Below are positions 37,358 to 50,600 of a DNA stretch of 64,000 bases, in pieces (within the stretch, counting starts at the first letter, position 1; each line of letters begins with the position of its first letter). A program made the position numbers and the translations under genes. Below the pieces are notes generated by a model. That model saw only the letters and a program-made list of their open reading frames with translations, ran no database searches and was not told the DNA's origin. Source of the DNA: Candidatus Latescibacterota bacterium (GTDB lineage Bacteria; Latescibacterota; UBA2968; GCA-2709665); the NCBI GenBank assembly GCA_965226795.1, contig CBDDDZ010000005.1:288001-352000 (forward strand). The letters are read 5' to 3'.

Positions 37358-39457
37358 ATGAGGCATCTTGCCTGTTCGTTCGTGTTGATTGTCGTCTGCC
37401 TGCAACCGCTTTTCGCCCAGGACTTCAGCGATCCCAACAACTATCGGACGCGGGATCTGCCCGACGGAGCGATCGCCCGGCTTGGAAAGGGAGCTATTGG
37501 CCACGGAGACCGGGCGGTTGCATTTTCACCAGACGGCGAGCTTGTTGCAGTGGCCAGCGGTATCGGCGTATGGCTGTACAGTGTGGAGGACCTCGAAAGT
37601 GTCACCTGGTTGCCCGCCGACCGTGTCCATTCGCTGTCCTTTTCACCCGACGGCAAAAAGCTTGTCACGGCAGGAGGTATGTGGGGAAGTGGTGAGGTTA
37701 TACTTTGGGATGTGGCAACGGGGGCCCCCAGCCGGATTGAAAGGGGCGGGCCCATAATCGATGTCACGTTTTCTCCGGATGGTAAAACCCTCGCTTACAG
37801 TGCACGTGGAGGGCCGATGATTAGACTACGGGATGTGGCCTCGCGGACTGTTGTGACCACCCAGGGGAGGTACGATTTCGGCCTGGCGTGTCTCGCGTTT
37901 TCACCGGATGGCGCCATCATCGCAACGGGACATGGGAACGGCACGATCATGCTGTGGGACGTGGCAACGCGCACCCTTGCCGCCACGCTTGAAGGCCATA
38001 GCGGGGAGGTCTACTCCGTAGCTTTCGCACCGAACGGCAACACCCTGGCCTCAGGTGCTTCTGACGAAACCGTCAAACTGTGGAACGTGGCAACACGCAC
38101 GAACTTCACAACGCTTACGGTAAACTCCCCTGTGACGACCGTCGCGTTTTCTTCCGACGGATCCCTCATCGCCACCGGAACATGGTTCCGCAGAGTCAAA
38201 CTCTGGAACGCAACGACAGGTCGAAATATAGATACATTCAACGACCATCGAGCTCTGGTTCGCGCGGTTTCATTCTCTCCGGACGGGAGGACGCTCGCCT
38301 CCGCTTCCGACGATGGCGCGGTTGTGCTGAGGGATCTGACCGCCGGAAACGCCACCACCATTGCCGGCTATTCGGGAACCGTTTTGGGTATGACATTTTC
38401 ACCGGACGGCGCCACACTGGCTTCCTATAACGGTTCATATGGGTCGGGGGTCAAAATATGGGACACGGCGACGCGACGGATGATCACGACGCTTCGCGGG
38501 CATGGTGGCTTGCCCATCTCATCGATATCCATTTCACACGATGGGACGACCCTTGCTTCGGCATCCGGCCATAGAGTTATCCTTTGGGACCTGGACACGT
38601 ATACTGATTTCGCACATCTGGAACACAAGGATCTAACATCTGCGGTGTCGTTTTCACCCGATGGCGATGTTTTGGCCACCGGAGGCTGGCCGGGATGGGT
38701 CAACCTTTGGAACGTCCGAACGCAAGAACAGACCACCCGTGTTACCGGACTGAGCGATGGGGTCAACGAGCTGGAATTCTCGCCCGACGGAAAAATCCTG
38801 GCTTCGGGTCTGGACAATGGTGAGATAAGGACCTGGGACCTGTCCACCGGTAAGACCGCAGCCGTCCTTCACGGGCTTACCCGTTACGTACTCTCAATTT
38901 CCTTCTCTTCCGATGTCACAAAGCTATATGCCGGTTCGTACAGTGAATCGGTGATGGTATGGGACCTGATAACTGGCTCGACGATCGCGACACGAAAACC
39001 AGAGGGGTTCGAAAGGGTCGCGTTCTCACCAGACAGGACGATGTTCGCCACCGGCTCGCAGGACGGCAACGTAAGGCTCTTCGATATGTCGACGGGAGAG
39101 ATTGTCTCCACCTTCGAAGGGCATGCCCACTGGGTCAGCAGCGTGTTGTTTTCCCCGGACGGCAAGACCCTCGCGTCGGGATCTTATGATGGTACGATTC
39201 TGTTTTGGGATCTGACTCTGAGCGACGGGTCTCAAACACCCGGTCCCGATATCGACGGCGATCGCGTTGGTCCCGATTTCGATGGCGATGGCACCGTTGG
39301 CTTTACCGACTTCATCCAGTTTGCGGCGAATGTCGGGCTTAGCCAGGGCGACCTGGGCTACGACGACCGGTACGATCTGGATAACGACGGTCAGGTGGGA
39401 CTTTCGGACTTTCTGATCTTTGCAAAGAACTTCGGCCAACAAACGAAATCAAACTAG
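37358..39457 (+). CDS. Secreted WD40-repeat/dockerin-like protein (array gene 2)
   Basis: GAGGAG RBS, same architecture, DFDGDGTVGFTDF..YDLDNDGQVGLSDF tail. Confidence 0.9.
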   Translation: MRHLACSFVLIVVCLQPLFAQDFSDPNNYRTRDLPDGAIARLGKGAIGHGDRAVAFSPDGELVAVASGIGVWLYSVEDLESVTWLPADRVHSLSFSPDGKKLVTAGGMWGSGEVILWDVATGAPSRIERGGPIIDVTFSPDGKTLAYSARGGPMIRLRDVASRTVVTTQGRYDFGLACLAFSPDGAIIATGHGNGTIMLWDVATRTLAATLEGHSGEVYSVAFAPNGNTLASGASDETVKLWNVATRTNFTTLTVNSPVTTVAFSSDGSLIATGTWFRRVKLWNATTGRNIDTFNDHRALVRAVSFSPDGRTLASASDDGAVVLRDLTAGNATTIAGYSGTVLGMTFSPDGATLASYNGSYGSGVKIWDTATRRMITTLRGHGGLPISSISISHDGTTLASASGHRVILWDLDTYTDFAHLEHKDLTSAVSFSPDGDVLATGGWPGWVNLWNVRTQEQTTRVTGLSDGVNELEFSPDGKILASGLDNGEIRTWDLSTGKTAAVLHGLTRYVLSISFSSDVTKLYAGSYSESVMVWDLITGSTIATRKPEGFERVAFSPDRTMFATGSQDGNVRLFDMSTGEIVSTFEGHAHWVSSVLFSPDGKTLASGSYDGTILFWDLTLSDGSQTPGPDIDGDRVGPDFDGDGTVGFTDFIQFAANVGLSQGDLGYDDRYDLDNDGQVGLSDFLIFAKNFGQQTKSN

Positions 39458-39712
39458 ACCAGGATCGAAGGTATACGAGACTGTGCATGTCCTGCGCAAT
39501 TTCCAACGGATGACACCGGCGCCATGGCTGAAACCGGACATTATCGCAATCCTTCTCGGCCGGACTGCCCAAGAGTGTCGCTTTCCCGTGTGGATGTCGG
39601 GAAATATGTGTAACGGGTACGGATCAGCGACGATGGGAATTGTCATAAACGTCGGATCAGATCGGGTTTCACAGGCTCACAACCTGGAGTCAATCAAGAA
39701 AGGAGACATGGC

Positions 39713-41809
39713 ATGAGGCATCTTGCCTGTTCGTTCGTGCTGATTGTCGTCTTCCTCCAGCCGCTAATTGCTCAGGACTTCAGCGATCCCAACAACTATC
39801 GGACGCGGCAACTTCCGGAAGGTGCGATCGCCCGGCTGGGAAAGGGAGCCATTGGCCACGGAGACCGAGCAGTTGCATTTTCACCGGACGGAAAGCTTGT
39901 CGCAGTGGCCAGCGGCATTGGCGTATGGCTGTACAGTGTGGAGGACCTGGAAAGTGTCACCTGGTTGCCCGCCGCCGTTGTCCATTCGGTGTCGTTTTCA
40001 CCCGACGGCAAGATGCTATTCACGGCAGCGGGACCGTGGCGAAAGGCTGAGGTATCGCTTTGGGATGTGGCAACGGGAGCCCGTGTTCGGACTGATAAGG
40101 GAGGGTCCATTTTCGATGTCACGTTGTCGCCGGATGGCAGAACCCTCGCATACAGTGCAGAAGGAGGGGCGATGATTAAACTAAGGGATGTGGCCTCGTG
40201 GACTGTTGCGACCACCCTTGGGAGATACGATTTCGGCTTGACGTGTCTGTCGTTTTCACCGGATGGCGCCATCATCGCAACGGGACATGAAAACGGCACG
40301 ATCATGCTGTGGGACGTGGCAACGCGCACCCTTGCCGCCACGCTTGAGGGCCATAGCGGGGAGGTCTACTCCGTTGCTTTCTCACCGAACGGCAGCACGC
40401 TCGCCTCCGGTGCTTCTGACGAAACCGTCAAGCTATGGGATGCTGCAACGCGCACGAACTTCGCGACGTTCACGGTACACTCCCTTGTGACGACCGTAGC
40501 GTTTTCTCCTGACGGTTCTCTTATCGCCACCGGCACCGGGTTCCGCAGAGTCAAACTCTGGCACGCAACGACAGGTCAAAATATAGATACATTCAACGAC
40601 CATCGAGCCCTGGTTCGCGCGGTTTCGTTCTCTCCGGACGGGAGGACGCTCGCCTCCGCTTCCGACGATGGCACGGTCGTACTGAGGGATCTGGCCGCAG
40701 GAAGCGCCACCACCATTGACGGCCATTCGGGAACGGTTATGCGTTTGGCATTTTCACCTGACGGCGCCACACTTGCGTCCTATAGCAATACATACGGGTC
40801 TGGGGTCAAAATATGGGACACGGCAACGCGACGCAAGATCACGACGCTTCGCGGGCATGGTGGCTTGCCGATCGTTTCAATATCCATTTCACACGACGGG
40901 ACGACCCTTGCTTCGGCATCCGGCAATAGAGTTATCCTTTGGGACATGGACACGTATACAGATTTCGCACATCTGGATCACGAGGATCTACCATCAGCGG
41001 TGTCGTTTTCACCCGATGGCGATGTTCTGGCCACCGGAGGCTGGCCGGGATGGGTCAACCTTTGGAACGTCCGAACGCAAGAACAGACCACCCGTGTTAC
41101 CGGACTGAGCGATGGGGTCAGGGAGCTGGAATTCTCGCCCGACGGAGAAATTCTGGCTTCGGGTCTGGACAATGGTGAGATAAGGACCTGGGACCTGTCC
41201 ACCGGCAAGGCCGCAGCCGTCCTTCATGGGCTTACCCGTTACGTACTCTCAATTTCCTTCTCTTCCGACGTCACAAAGCTATATGCCGGTTCGTACAGTG
41301 AATCGGTGATGGTATGGGACCTGGCGACTGGCACGACGATCGCGACACGAAAACCAGAGTTGTTTGAAAGGGTCGCGTTCTCACCAGACAGGACGATGTT
41401 CGCCACCGGCTCGCAGGACGGCAAGGTAAGGCTCTTCGACATGGCGACGGGAGAGATTGTCTCCACCTTCGACGGGCATGCGCACACCGTTTCCAGCGTG
41501 TTGTTTTCGCCGGACGGCAAGACCCTCGCGTCTGGATCTGCTGATGGCACGATTCTATTTTGGGATCTGACTCTGGACGACGGGTCTCAAACCCCCGGTC
41601 CCGATATCGACGGCGGTCCCGTTGGTCCCGATTTCGATGGCGATGGCGCCGTTGGGTTTACCGACTTCATCCAGTTTGCGGCGAATGTCGGGCTTAGCCA
41701 GGGCGACCTGGGCTACGACGACCGGTACGATCTGGATAACGACGGTCAGGTGGGACTCTCGGACTTTCTGATTTTCGCAAAGAACTTCGGGACGACCGTA
41801 GGGGAATGA
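39713..41809 (+). CDS. Secreted WD40-repeat/dockerin-like protein (array gene 3)
   Basis: Close paralog of gene 2, with a near-identical 3' third. Confidence 0.9.
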   Translation: MRHLACSFVLIVVFLQPLIAQDFSDPNNYRTRQLPEGAIARLGKGAIGHGDRAVAFSPDGKLVAVASGIGVWLYSVEDLESVTWLPAAVVHSVSFSPDGKMLFTAAGPWRKAEVSLWDVATGARVRTDKGGSIFDVTLSPDGRTLAYSAEGGAMIKLRDVASWTVATTLGRYDFGLTCLSFSPDGAIIATGHENGTIMLWDVATRTLAATLEGHSGEVYSVAFSPNGSTLASGASDETVKLWDAATRTNFATFTVHSLVTTVAFSPDGSLIATGTGFRRVKLWHATTGQNIDTFNDHRALVRAVSFSPDGRTLASASDDGTVVLRDLAAGSATTIDGHSGTVMRLAFSPDGATLASYSNTYGSGVKIWDTATRRKITTLRGHGGLPIVSISISHDGTTLASASGNRVILWDMDTYTDFAHLDHEDLPSAVSFSPDGDVLATGGWPGWVNLWNVRTQEQTTRVTGLSDGVRELEFSPDGEILASGLDNGEIRTWDLSTGKAAAVLHGLTRYVLSISFSSDVTKLYAGSYSESVMVWDLATGTTIATRKPELFERVAFSPDRTMFATGSQDGKVRLFDMATGEIVSTFDGHAHTVSSVLFSPDGKTLASGSADGTILFWDLTLDDGSQTPGPDIDGGPVGPDFDGDGAVGFTDFIQFAANVGLSQGDLGYDDRYDLDNDGQVGLSDFLIFAKNFGTTVGE

Positions 41810-41902
41810 GCTGCTTTTGGGTTGGAAATTACGATGTTGGCGGAGGGGTGTTTCAGACAGCGATACGGACCGGCGAATTCAATTCACGGATGTTCGTTTT
41901 TT

Positions 41903-41926
41903 GTAGGGGCGGTTCAAGAACCGCCC
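41903..41926 (+). repeat. GTAG-family REP within a duplicated intergenic region
   Basis: GTAGGGGCGGTTCAAGAACCGCCC. The region 41810-42060 is paralogous to 47424-47668. Confidence 0.75.
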
Positions 41927-42060
41927 GTGTTGCACGCGCCTGCCTGTAGCAGCAGGAAAGGGAACCGTCGTTGACCCAAATTGCATGTTGTAGATTAGTG
42001 AGGGCGCTAATGGATCGCAGGAGACATGTAATGCTCGCCGAGAAAGCAGGTGGAAGTCCG

Positions 42061-45000
42061 ATGCGACGTTTCATTTGCCGACTCGTTTCGCCTTACGGTC
42101 TGGGAGCGTTGTTCATTGTGACGATAGGTTTCATCCTCTACCCGTTATTGGCTGTCGACATCTTTGCCCAGGATGCGGAAGAACACCCGCCGTTCTGCGA
42201 ACCGATAGATTTCTCGCAGGAACAGCCTGAGGGTTCGGATGCTGCGGTGAAGCGGGCATTCAATCTGAACACGGGCGATCCACGCACGGTACGAGTGATT
42301 TACTTCGTGCCCAATGACCGTACGTTTTCCTCCACCGTGGAGGACTCGATAAAGAGGGCGGTACGGCAGGTCAGGACCTTTTTTGCCGACCAGATGAAGG
42401 CGTACGGCTTTGGTCTCGATGACATCAATATTGAAACCGGCGACGACGGCGAACCGCTGATCCACCGCGTCACGGGCCAGCATCCCAACGACCACTACGC
42501 CGACAATATGCACTCCGCTGTCTTCAGTGAGATCCGACAGAATTACGACACACAGGCGAACATCTATATCGCCTTTATCGACATCAGTCGCCTTTTCACT
42601 CAGATGGGCGGGAGGTGGGGAAAAATCGGCGGAGAGGCGTCGTTGCGAGCGGATTTCAAATGGCAGACATTGGCGCATGAGCTGGGACATACGTTCGGGC
42701 TGGAGCACGATTTTCGTAACGACACGTACGTGATGTCGTATGGCGACGAACAGGACAGTTTATCCGCATGTGCCGCACAGTTCATTTCCGTGCATCCATA
42801 CTTCAATACCGGGATAACAACTGAATGGACGGTTAGTCCCGCCGTCGAACTCATTTCATCACCTAAATTTCCACCGAACGCAGATAACATATCCGTTCAA
42901 TTCAAGGTGACGGATACTGACGGGCTTCACCAGTTGATCCTGTTTACCACGACGCCACACCTTAATTTTGGCGGCGGATTCCCTGAAGTGGAGGCATGGC
43001 GCGGTTTGGGGAAGAAACAGAATTCTGAGGTCGAGTTTGAGTACAGACGGGACATTGTGTCAACGACTTCTACTCCCACAAACCCTGTTCCGGAGGAGAT
43101 TCATGTCAACGCGGTGGACATGGATGGAAATGTCCGACGGGTATCGTACAACCTCGTGAGTATTTCGCCATATCATTACGCCACGCTTGAGGGGCATGCG
43201 GCCGGTGTCCTTTCGGTGACGTTTTCGCCCGACGCGAAGGTTGTGGCTTCTGCTTCAAATGATAATACGGTCAGACTGTGGGATGTAGCCACAGGCACGA
43301 CTGTCTCAACTCTTAATCACACGACGGATGTCACTTCGGTGTCGTTCTCGCCCGATGGGACGACCCTCGCTTCCGGGTCATCCGATGGCAATGTCCGCTT
43401 GTGGGCGGTTGCGACCGGCGAACACATCACCACACTTGAAGGACATACGGATGAAGTTTCGACGGTGACGTTTTCACCCGATGGGTCCACCCTCGCTTCC
43501 GGATCCTTCGACAACACCGTCAAACTACGGAAAGTTGGTACGGGAAAGACAATTTCCACACTCGTGGGCCATACGAATGGTGTGTTGTCGGTGTTGTTCG
43601 CCCCTAACGGGAAAGTTCTCACTTCCAGGTCATGGGACAATACGGTCAGGCTATGGGACGTGGCGACGGGCACGAATCTTGCCACCCTTCCGCATTCACA
43701 CCATGTCTCTTCGGTGTCGTTTTCGCCCGATGGATCCACTCTCGCTTCCGGGTCACACGATAACAACATCCGGTTGTGGGACGTTGCGACAGGAGAACTC
43801 GTCGACACCCTTGAAGGACACGCACAGGAAGTCTCTTCGGTGTCGTTTTCACCCGACGGGGCGACCCTTGCTTCCGGGTCAGCTGACAAAACGGTCAGGC
43901 TATGGCGAGTGGATACTGGAAAGGCTATCGCCATACTCGTTGGCCATGACCGTGGGGTTAGCAGGTTGTTGTTTTCACCTGATGGTACAATTCTCGCGTC
44001 CACGTCGTGGGACAATTCGGTGAGGATATGGGACGTGTCGACTGGCGAGAGTCTTGCCACCCTTCTCCATTCACGCACCGTCAATACAGTCTCTTTTTCT
44101 TCGGATGGGAGGTTCCTCGCTTCAGGGTCAGATGACAAGACGGTCGAGTTGTGGGATATGTCCGCGTGGGCGCGGCCCCGCGCACGAACCGTGACAAAAA
44201 TCTCCGGTGACAACCAGGAGGGTGTAGCCGGAGGCGCATTGACGAACCCACTGATCGTTGAAGTGCGAGACCAATACGGTGAACCCCTATCGGGCGCGCA
44301 AGTCACGTTTTCGATTATTGCGGGCGCTGGAAGCTTGAGCAGTGGATTTACGACCGAGAGTGCAACAACCGGTCCCGACGGACGGGCGCAGGTCCTCCTC
44401 ACCCTCGGTTCCAATCCCGGACCAAATACCGTCAGGACGTCCATCGCCGAACTCGAAGTGAAGACGTTTAACGCCGTGGGCCTTGGATCCCCTGTCGTCG
44501 CCGATAACGCCCTCGATTATCCCACGTGGCATCTGCCAAAAGGGGCCACCCTGCGTCTGGGTAAGGGCGCCATCGGCGAAAGCCACGGGGCGGCCGCTTT
44601 TTCTCCCGGAGGTAAGGTTCTCGCCGTGGCCAGCGCCATTGGCGTCTGGCTCTACACGGTCGAAGACCCGGCAAGAGTCACTCTGCTGCCCTCAGGCATC
44701 GTCCATTCGGTGTCCTTTACACCGGACGGCAGAAAGCTCGTCTCAGCGGGCGGGTGGTGGGAAGGGGCGGCGGTCAGGCTGTGGGACGTGGAAACACAAA
44801 CCTTTACACCCATTGTTGAGATAAAGGATATCGACCGCTATGCATCACTATCACCAGATGGTAGAACCCTCGCCTACAGCGTCTATGAGGGACGCTATTC
44901 TTGGACCATAAATCTATGGGATGTGGCCTCGGGCACTCTTGCGTCGACCCTGGGGAGGTATGACGGGGACATCCGTCCTAGGAGTCTGACGTTTTCGTCG

Positions 45001-47423
45001 AATGGAGCCACCCTCGCTTCCGGTCACGAGGACGGAAGGATCAGGCTGTGGGATGTGGAAACGCGTACTGTTACCGCCACCCTGGAGGGACATCATCGCT
45101 ATGTCGACTCCGTGGACTTTTCCCCGGATGGGAAAACCCTCGCCTCCGTTTCCGTTGACCGAACCGTCAGGCTGTGGGACGTAGCGTCGGGCACACAATC
45201 CGCTGTCCTCCCGGATCACTATTGCGGTGTTTCCAGCGTCGCGTTTTCTCCGGATGGCGCTATCCTCGTGTCCGGGGGATGGAACGGCAAAGTCATACTT
45301 TGGGACGCGACGACGGGGCGAAATATCGCCGAGTTCAATCGCCACACGGATCTGGTTCGCGCGGTTTCGTTCTCTCCGGATGGGACGGCTCTCGCCACCG
45401 CGTCTGAGGACGGTGACGTTAATCTTTGGGACGTGGCCACCGGAAATGCCACCACAATTTCAGGCCATACGAGCCACGTTTGGAACATGGTGTATTCACC
45501 AGACGGTGCGACGCTGGCTTCCCATTCCCTAGGTAACGCGGTATATATATGGGATGCCGCAGCCGGAAGACTGCGGGCAACACTCCGGGGACACGCTAGG
45601 AGTGTCAGGTCGATATCCCTTTCATCCGATGGGACGACCCTTGCTTCTGCATCGCACGACAGAACGGTCAGAATGTGGGACCTGCACACGCGCAGCACCG
45701 TCACCACGTTGCCACATACGTTTGAACTCGAATCGGTAACCTTTTCACCCGACGGGACGACCCTCGCTTCGGGCGATTATAAGGGAATGGTCCACCTCTG
45801 GAACGTGAACACGGAAGAGAAGATCCGCACGTTCACCGGCCTCAATGAATATGTTCGGACGCTGCTCTTTTCGCCGGATGGCGCCACACTAGCTGCCGGG
45901 ACGGACAACGGCGGGGTCAGGCTGTGGGACGTGGCGACGGGCACCACCATCCGCGACCTCGAAGGACACGAAAAATCGGTCCACGCCATGGCCTTTTCAC
46001 AGGACGGGGCAACACTCGCTACCATGACGTTCTCCTGATCGCAACGTTGGTTGGCACAGGCGACGATCTCGGCGGGGCTTACGTCCGTGCGTGTCGTGAT
46101 ATAGAAGAAATAACGGCATTCGTCGAACAGGACAAGGTCGCCCTTCATTTTGCTGATGTTCTTGCGCAGGACCACGACGCGATACACACGTTTACAGCGC
46201 GTGGGTTGGTAGTTGAACTCGGCCACGTGTTCGTGGTTGAGGACCAGGTTGGCGTAGGCCCGTTTGCGGACGATGCGCTGTTTCTCGTGGGGCTGATTGC
46301 GCTTCCGCTTCTGGTCGGTCACGGTGTGATAACGGGGTTTGCGTTGCAGGGGCTGCCATTGTGCCTCGTCGAGGGCCTCAGCACGGGAACGCATCGTCGC
46401 GTTGGCGTCCATCCCGAAGATGAAGTCGACGCTTTTGGCCCATCGATCAAAATGTCGGTCAAGGAAAAGTCGGTGTCGCCACGTACACAGAGGCGCTTGG
46501 CGTGGGGCTGCACCAGCGCCAAGGCCGCGTCGATCCAGGGTGCCGCACCGGTGTGGCTGGGCACATTCCCCGGTCGGTTGACCAGGAAGAGCACTTCCTT
46601 CGTGTTGGCCAGTGAGATCACCAGCGGATGGTAGCCCCAGACTGGTAAGAGATGTCCATACCCCTCTTGCGCTTTCCTCGCGACGGGCAAGTTAAGCGCC
46701 ACACTGTTAGAAGAGGTGTTCGAAAGTGTGGCATTCTCGCCCGACGGTACAATGTTCGCGACCGGTTCGCAGGATCAGCGGGTCAGGCTGTACGACATGC
46801 CCACGGGCGACATTATCGCTACCTTTGACGGGCACAATCACGTTGTCAAGAGCGTGATGTTTTCGCCCGACGGCAAGACGCTTGCATCTGGATCCAGCGA
46901 TGGTACGATCCTGCTGTGGGACCTGCAACGCCTTCATTCCGTGCCCCATATTTTGAAGGAGGTCTCCGGCATTGAGCAGAAAGGTCCGGCAGGGACGGTG
47001 TTAGCCCAGCCGTTTGTGGTCTCGGTGCGGGATGAGAATGGGGAACCGTACGCCGGCGCCACCGTCACCTTCGTCGTTACCGCTGGCGGCGGCGCGCTTT
47101 CCGTAACCGCGGACACCACCGATGCCAGCGGAAACGCCGCTACGACCCTGGCTTTGGGAACCCAGCCGGGGACAAACACCGTTGTCGCAACGGTCGCTGA
47201 TCTCGAGCCGGTGGCCTTCACTGCCATTGGCGAGGCCAACCCCGACTTTAATGGCGACGGTAAGGTTGGCTTTGGCGATTTTCTGCTATTTGCGGAGAGG
47301 TTCGGACTGAGTCAGAACGACGACGGATATGAAGCGCGATACGATCTGGACGCCAACGGCAAGGTGGGATTTTCGGACTTTCTGATTTTTGCAGGTGATT
47401 TTGGAAAGACCGCAGGGGAATAG
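42061..47423 (+). pseudogene. Metzincin protease-WD40-Ig(Big_1)-WD40-Ig-dockerin-like protein (array gene 4), interrupted by an IS fragment
   Basis: AHELGHTFGLEH plus YVMSY Met-turn, WD40 blocks, KISGDNQEG..NPLIVEVRD Ig domain. Homology breaks at 46023 and resumes at 46677 (LATGKLSATLLEEVFESVAFS), ending with the EF-hand tail at 47423. Confidence 0.85.
46024..46676 (-). mobile_element. IS1380-family transposase internal fragment (frameshifted)
   Basis: GMDISY / WGYHPLVISLANTKEVLFLVNRPGN..SH / RGDTDFS / FIFGMDA / YFFYIT..ANQRCDQEN, spread over several frames. No termini seen. Confidence 0.85.
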
Positions 47424-47668
47424 GCCGTTTTCAGATTGGAAATGATGAAGTAGTAAGAGGGGTAGTTCGTGCAGCCATACCGACTGGCGATTTCAATTCA
47501 CGGATGTTCGTTTTTTGTCGGGGCGGTTCGAGAACCGCCCGTGTTGCACGCGCCTGCCTGTAGCAACAGGAACCATCGTTGACCAAAATTGCATGTTGTA
47601 GTTTAGTGAGGGCGCTAATGGATCGCAGGAGACATGTAATGCTCGCCGAGAAAGCGGGAGGAAGTCCG

Positions 47669-50600
47669 ATGCGACGTTCCATTTGCGGACTAACTTCGCC
47701 CTACGGCATGGGAGCGTTGTTCATTGTGACGATAGGTTTCATCCTCTACTCGTTATTGGGCGTCGACGCCTTTGCCCAGAATGCGGACGAATACCCGCCG
47801 TTCTGCGAACCGATAGATTTCTCGCAGGAACAGCCTGAGGGTTCGGATGCTGCGGTGAAGCGGGCATTCAATCTGAACACGGGCGATCCACGCACGGTAC
47901 GAGTGATTTACTTCGTGCCCAATGACCGTACGTTTTCCTCCACCGTGGAGGACTCAATAAAGAGGGCGGTACGGCAGGTCAGGACCTTTTTTGCCGACCA
48001 GATGAAGGCGTACGGCTTTGGTCTCGATGACATCAATATTGAAACCGGCGACGACGGCGAACCGCTGATCCACCGCGTCACGGGCCAGCATCCCAACGAC
48101 CACTACGCCGACAATATGCACTCCGCTGTCTTCAGTGAGATCCGACAGAATTACGACACCCGTGCGAACATCTATGTCGCGTTTATCGACAATAGCCGCC
48201 GCTTTACACCGCGCGGAGGCAGAAACGGGAAAACAGGCGGAGAGGCGTCCATGCGCGTGGATTTCGACTGGCAGACGGTGGCGCATGAACTTGGACACGG
48301 GTTTGGCTTACACCACGATTTTCGAAATGATGCGTACGTCATGTCCTATAGCGATGAACCGGACAGTCTTTCGGCCTTGGCTGCAGAATTCCTTTCCGTG
48401 CATCCATACTTCAATCCCGGGATAACAACCGAATGGACTGGTAGTCCCGCGGTCGAACTCGTTTCATCTGCCAGATTTCAACCGAACGCGGAAGACATCA
48501 CCGTTCAATTCAAGGTGGCGGATACTGACGGGCTTCACCAGTTGATCCTGTTTGCTACGACGCCACTCATTAACTGGGGTGGGGGATTCCCTGAAGTGAA
48601 GGCGTGGCGCGGAATGGCGAAGGAGGCAAGTGCTGTCGTCAACTTCGAGTACGAACGCGATGCCGTGGGAATGATACAAAACCCTGATTTGGAAAAGATT
48701 CACGTCAACGCGGTGGACACGGATGGAAACGTCCGGCAGATTTCGTTCAATCTCGTGAGTATTTCGCCATACGCTCACGCCACATTTAAGGGGCATGCGA
48801 ACGGTGTCGTTTCTGTGTCGTTTTCGCCGGACGCAAAGATCGTGGCTTCCGGTTCATACGATAAAACAGTCAGACTGTGGGACGTCGCCACAGGCACGAC
48901 GGTCTCCACTCTTAATCATACGAGGAATGTCACTTCGGTGTCGTTCTCGCCCGACGGCTCCACCCTCGCTTCCGGGTCAAGCGCAGGGAACGTCTACCTT
49001 TGGGCGGTTGCGACCGGACAACACATCGCCACACTTGAAGGACACGCGGAAGAAGTGTTGTCCGTGACGTATTCACCCGATGGGTCGACTCTCGCTTCCT
49101 TGTCATCCGATGGCAATGTGCGGCTATGGGAAGTTGGTACGGGAAAGACCATCGCAACACTCGTGGGCCCCCCCATCGGTGTCGCGTCGGTGTTTTTCTC
49201 ACCGGAGGTGCTGTTCACCCCGGATGGAAAAATTCTTGCGTCCTGGTCGGGAGACAATACGTTGAGGCTATGGGACGTGGCGACGGGGGCCAGCCTCGCA
49301 ACCCTTACGCATACACACCTTGTCTCGTCGATGTCGTTTTCGGCCGACGGGACGACCCTCGCTTCCGGTTCATCCGACGGCAACGTCCGGCTGTGGGCGG
49401 TTGCGACGGGAGAACATATCCACACACTGGAAGGACATTCTGCGGCGGTCGCGTCGGTGTTGTTTTCGCCTGACGGGACGACCCTCGCTTCCGGTTCATC
49501 AGACAATACGGTCCGGCTATGGCGAGTTGACACGGGAAAGGCCGTCGCCTTGCTTGCAGGGCACGCGCAGGGTGTCTCATCGGTGTTGTTTTCACCCGAT
49601 GGAACCATACTTGCTTCCACGTCACGGGACAATACCGTGAATCTATGGGACGTTTCCACGGGCGCGAGTCTTGCCACCCTTCGGCATGCACACTTTGCCC
49701 CTTCGATGTCATTTTCGCCTGATGGTAGACTTCTCGCTACTTCGGATAACAAGACGGTCGAGCTGTGGGATTTGTCCGCATGGAACCTGCCGCGCGCGCA
49801 GACCGTGACGATCATTTCAGGTGACAACCAGGAAGGCGCAACCGGCGCCGCTTTGGCTAATCCGCTGATCGTTGAAGTACGAGACCAGTTCGGCGATCCC
49901 ATAGCGGGCGCGCAGGTCACGTTTACGGTCATCGCAGGCGATGGAAGCCTCAACACCGGTTTCACGACACAGAATGCCACAACCGGTCCGGACGGCAGGG
50001 TGCAGGTCCTCCTCACCCTCGGTCCCAATCCCGGTCCGAATGCCGTCAGGGCCTCTATCGCCGAACTCGAAGTGGAAACCTTCAACGCCGTGGGCCTTGG
50101 GTCCACCGTCATTGACGATAACGCCTTGGATTTTCCGAAATTGCATCTGCCGCGCGGGGCCTCCCTGCGCCTTGGAAAAGGCGCCATTGGCGAAAGCCAA
50201 AGGGCGGTTGCCTTTTCGCCTGATGGAAGGATTGTGGCCGTTGCAAGTGGTATCGGCGTATGGCTCTACACGGTCGAGGCCCCGGAAAGCCTCACCCTTC
50301 TTCCCTCAGGTGTCGTCCATTCGGTGTCCTTTTCACCGGATGGCAACACGCTTGTCTCATCCGGAGGTTCGGGGATCGAGGGCGAAGTCAGGCTATGGGA
50401 CCTGGCAACGGAAACCCATACCCGCATACCCATGCAAGAGGGTAATTTCGCCAATCTACTGCTATCACCGGATGGAAAAACCCTCGCCTACCATGGGGGC
50501 TATGCGACATTAAAGTTGCGTGATGTGACGTCGGGCGCTGGTGCGTGGACCCTGGGGACGTACGAAGCGCTTAAGACCGATCCTACATGTCTTACGTTTT

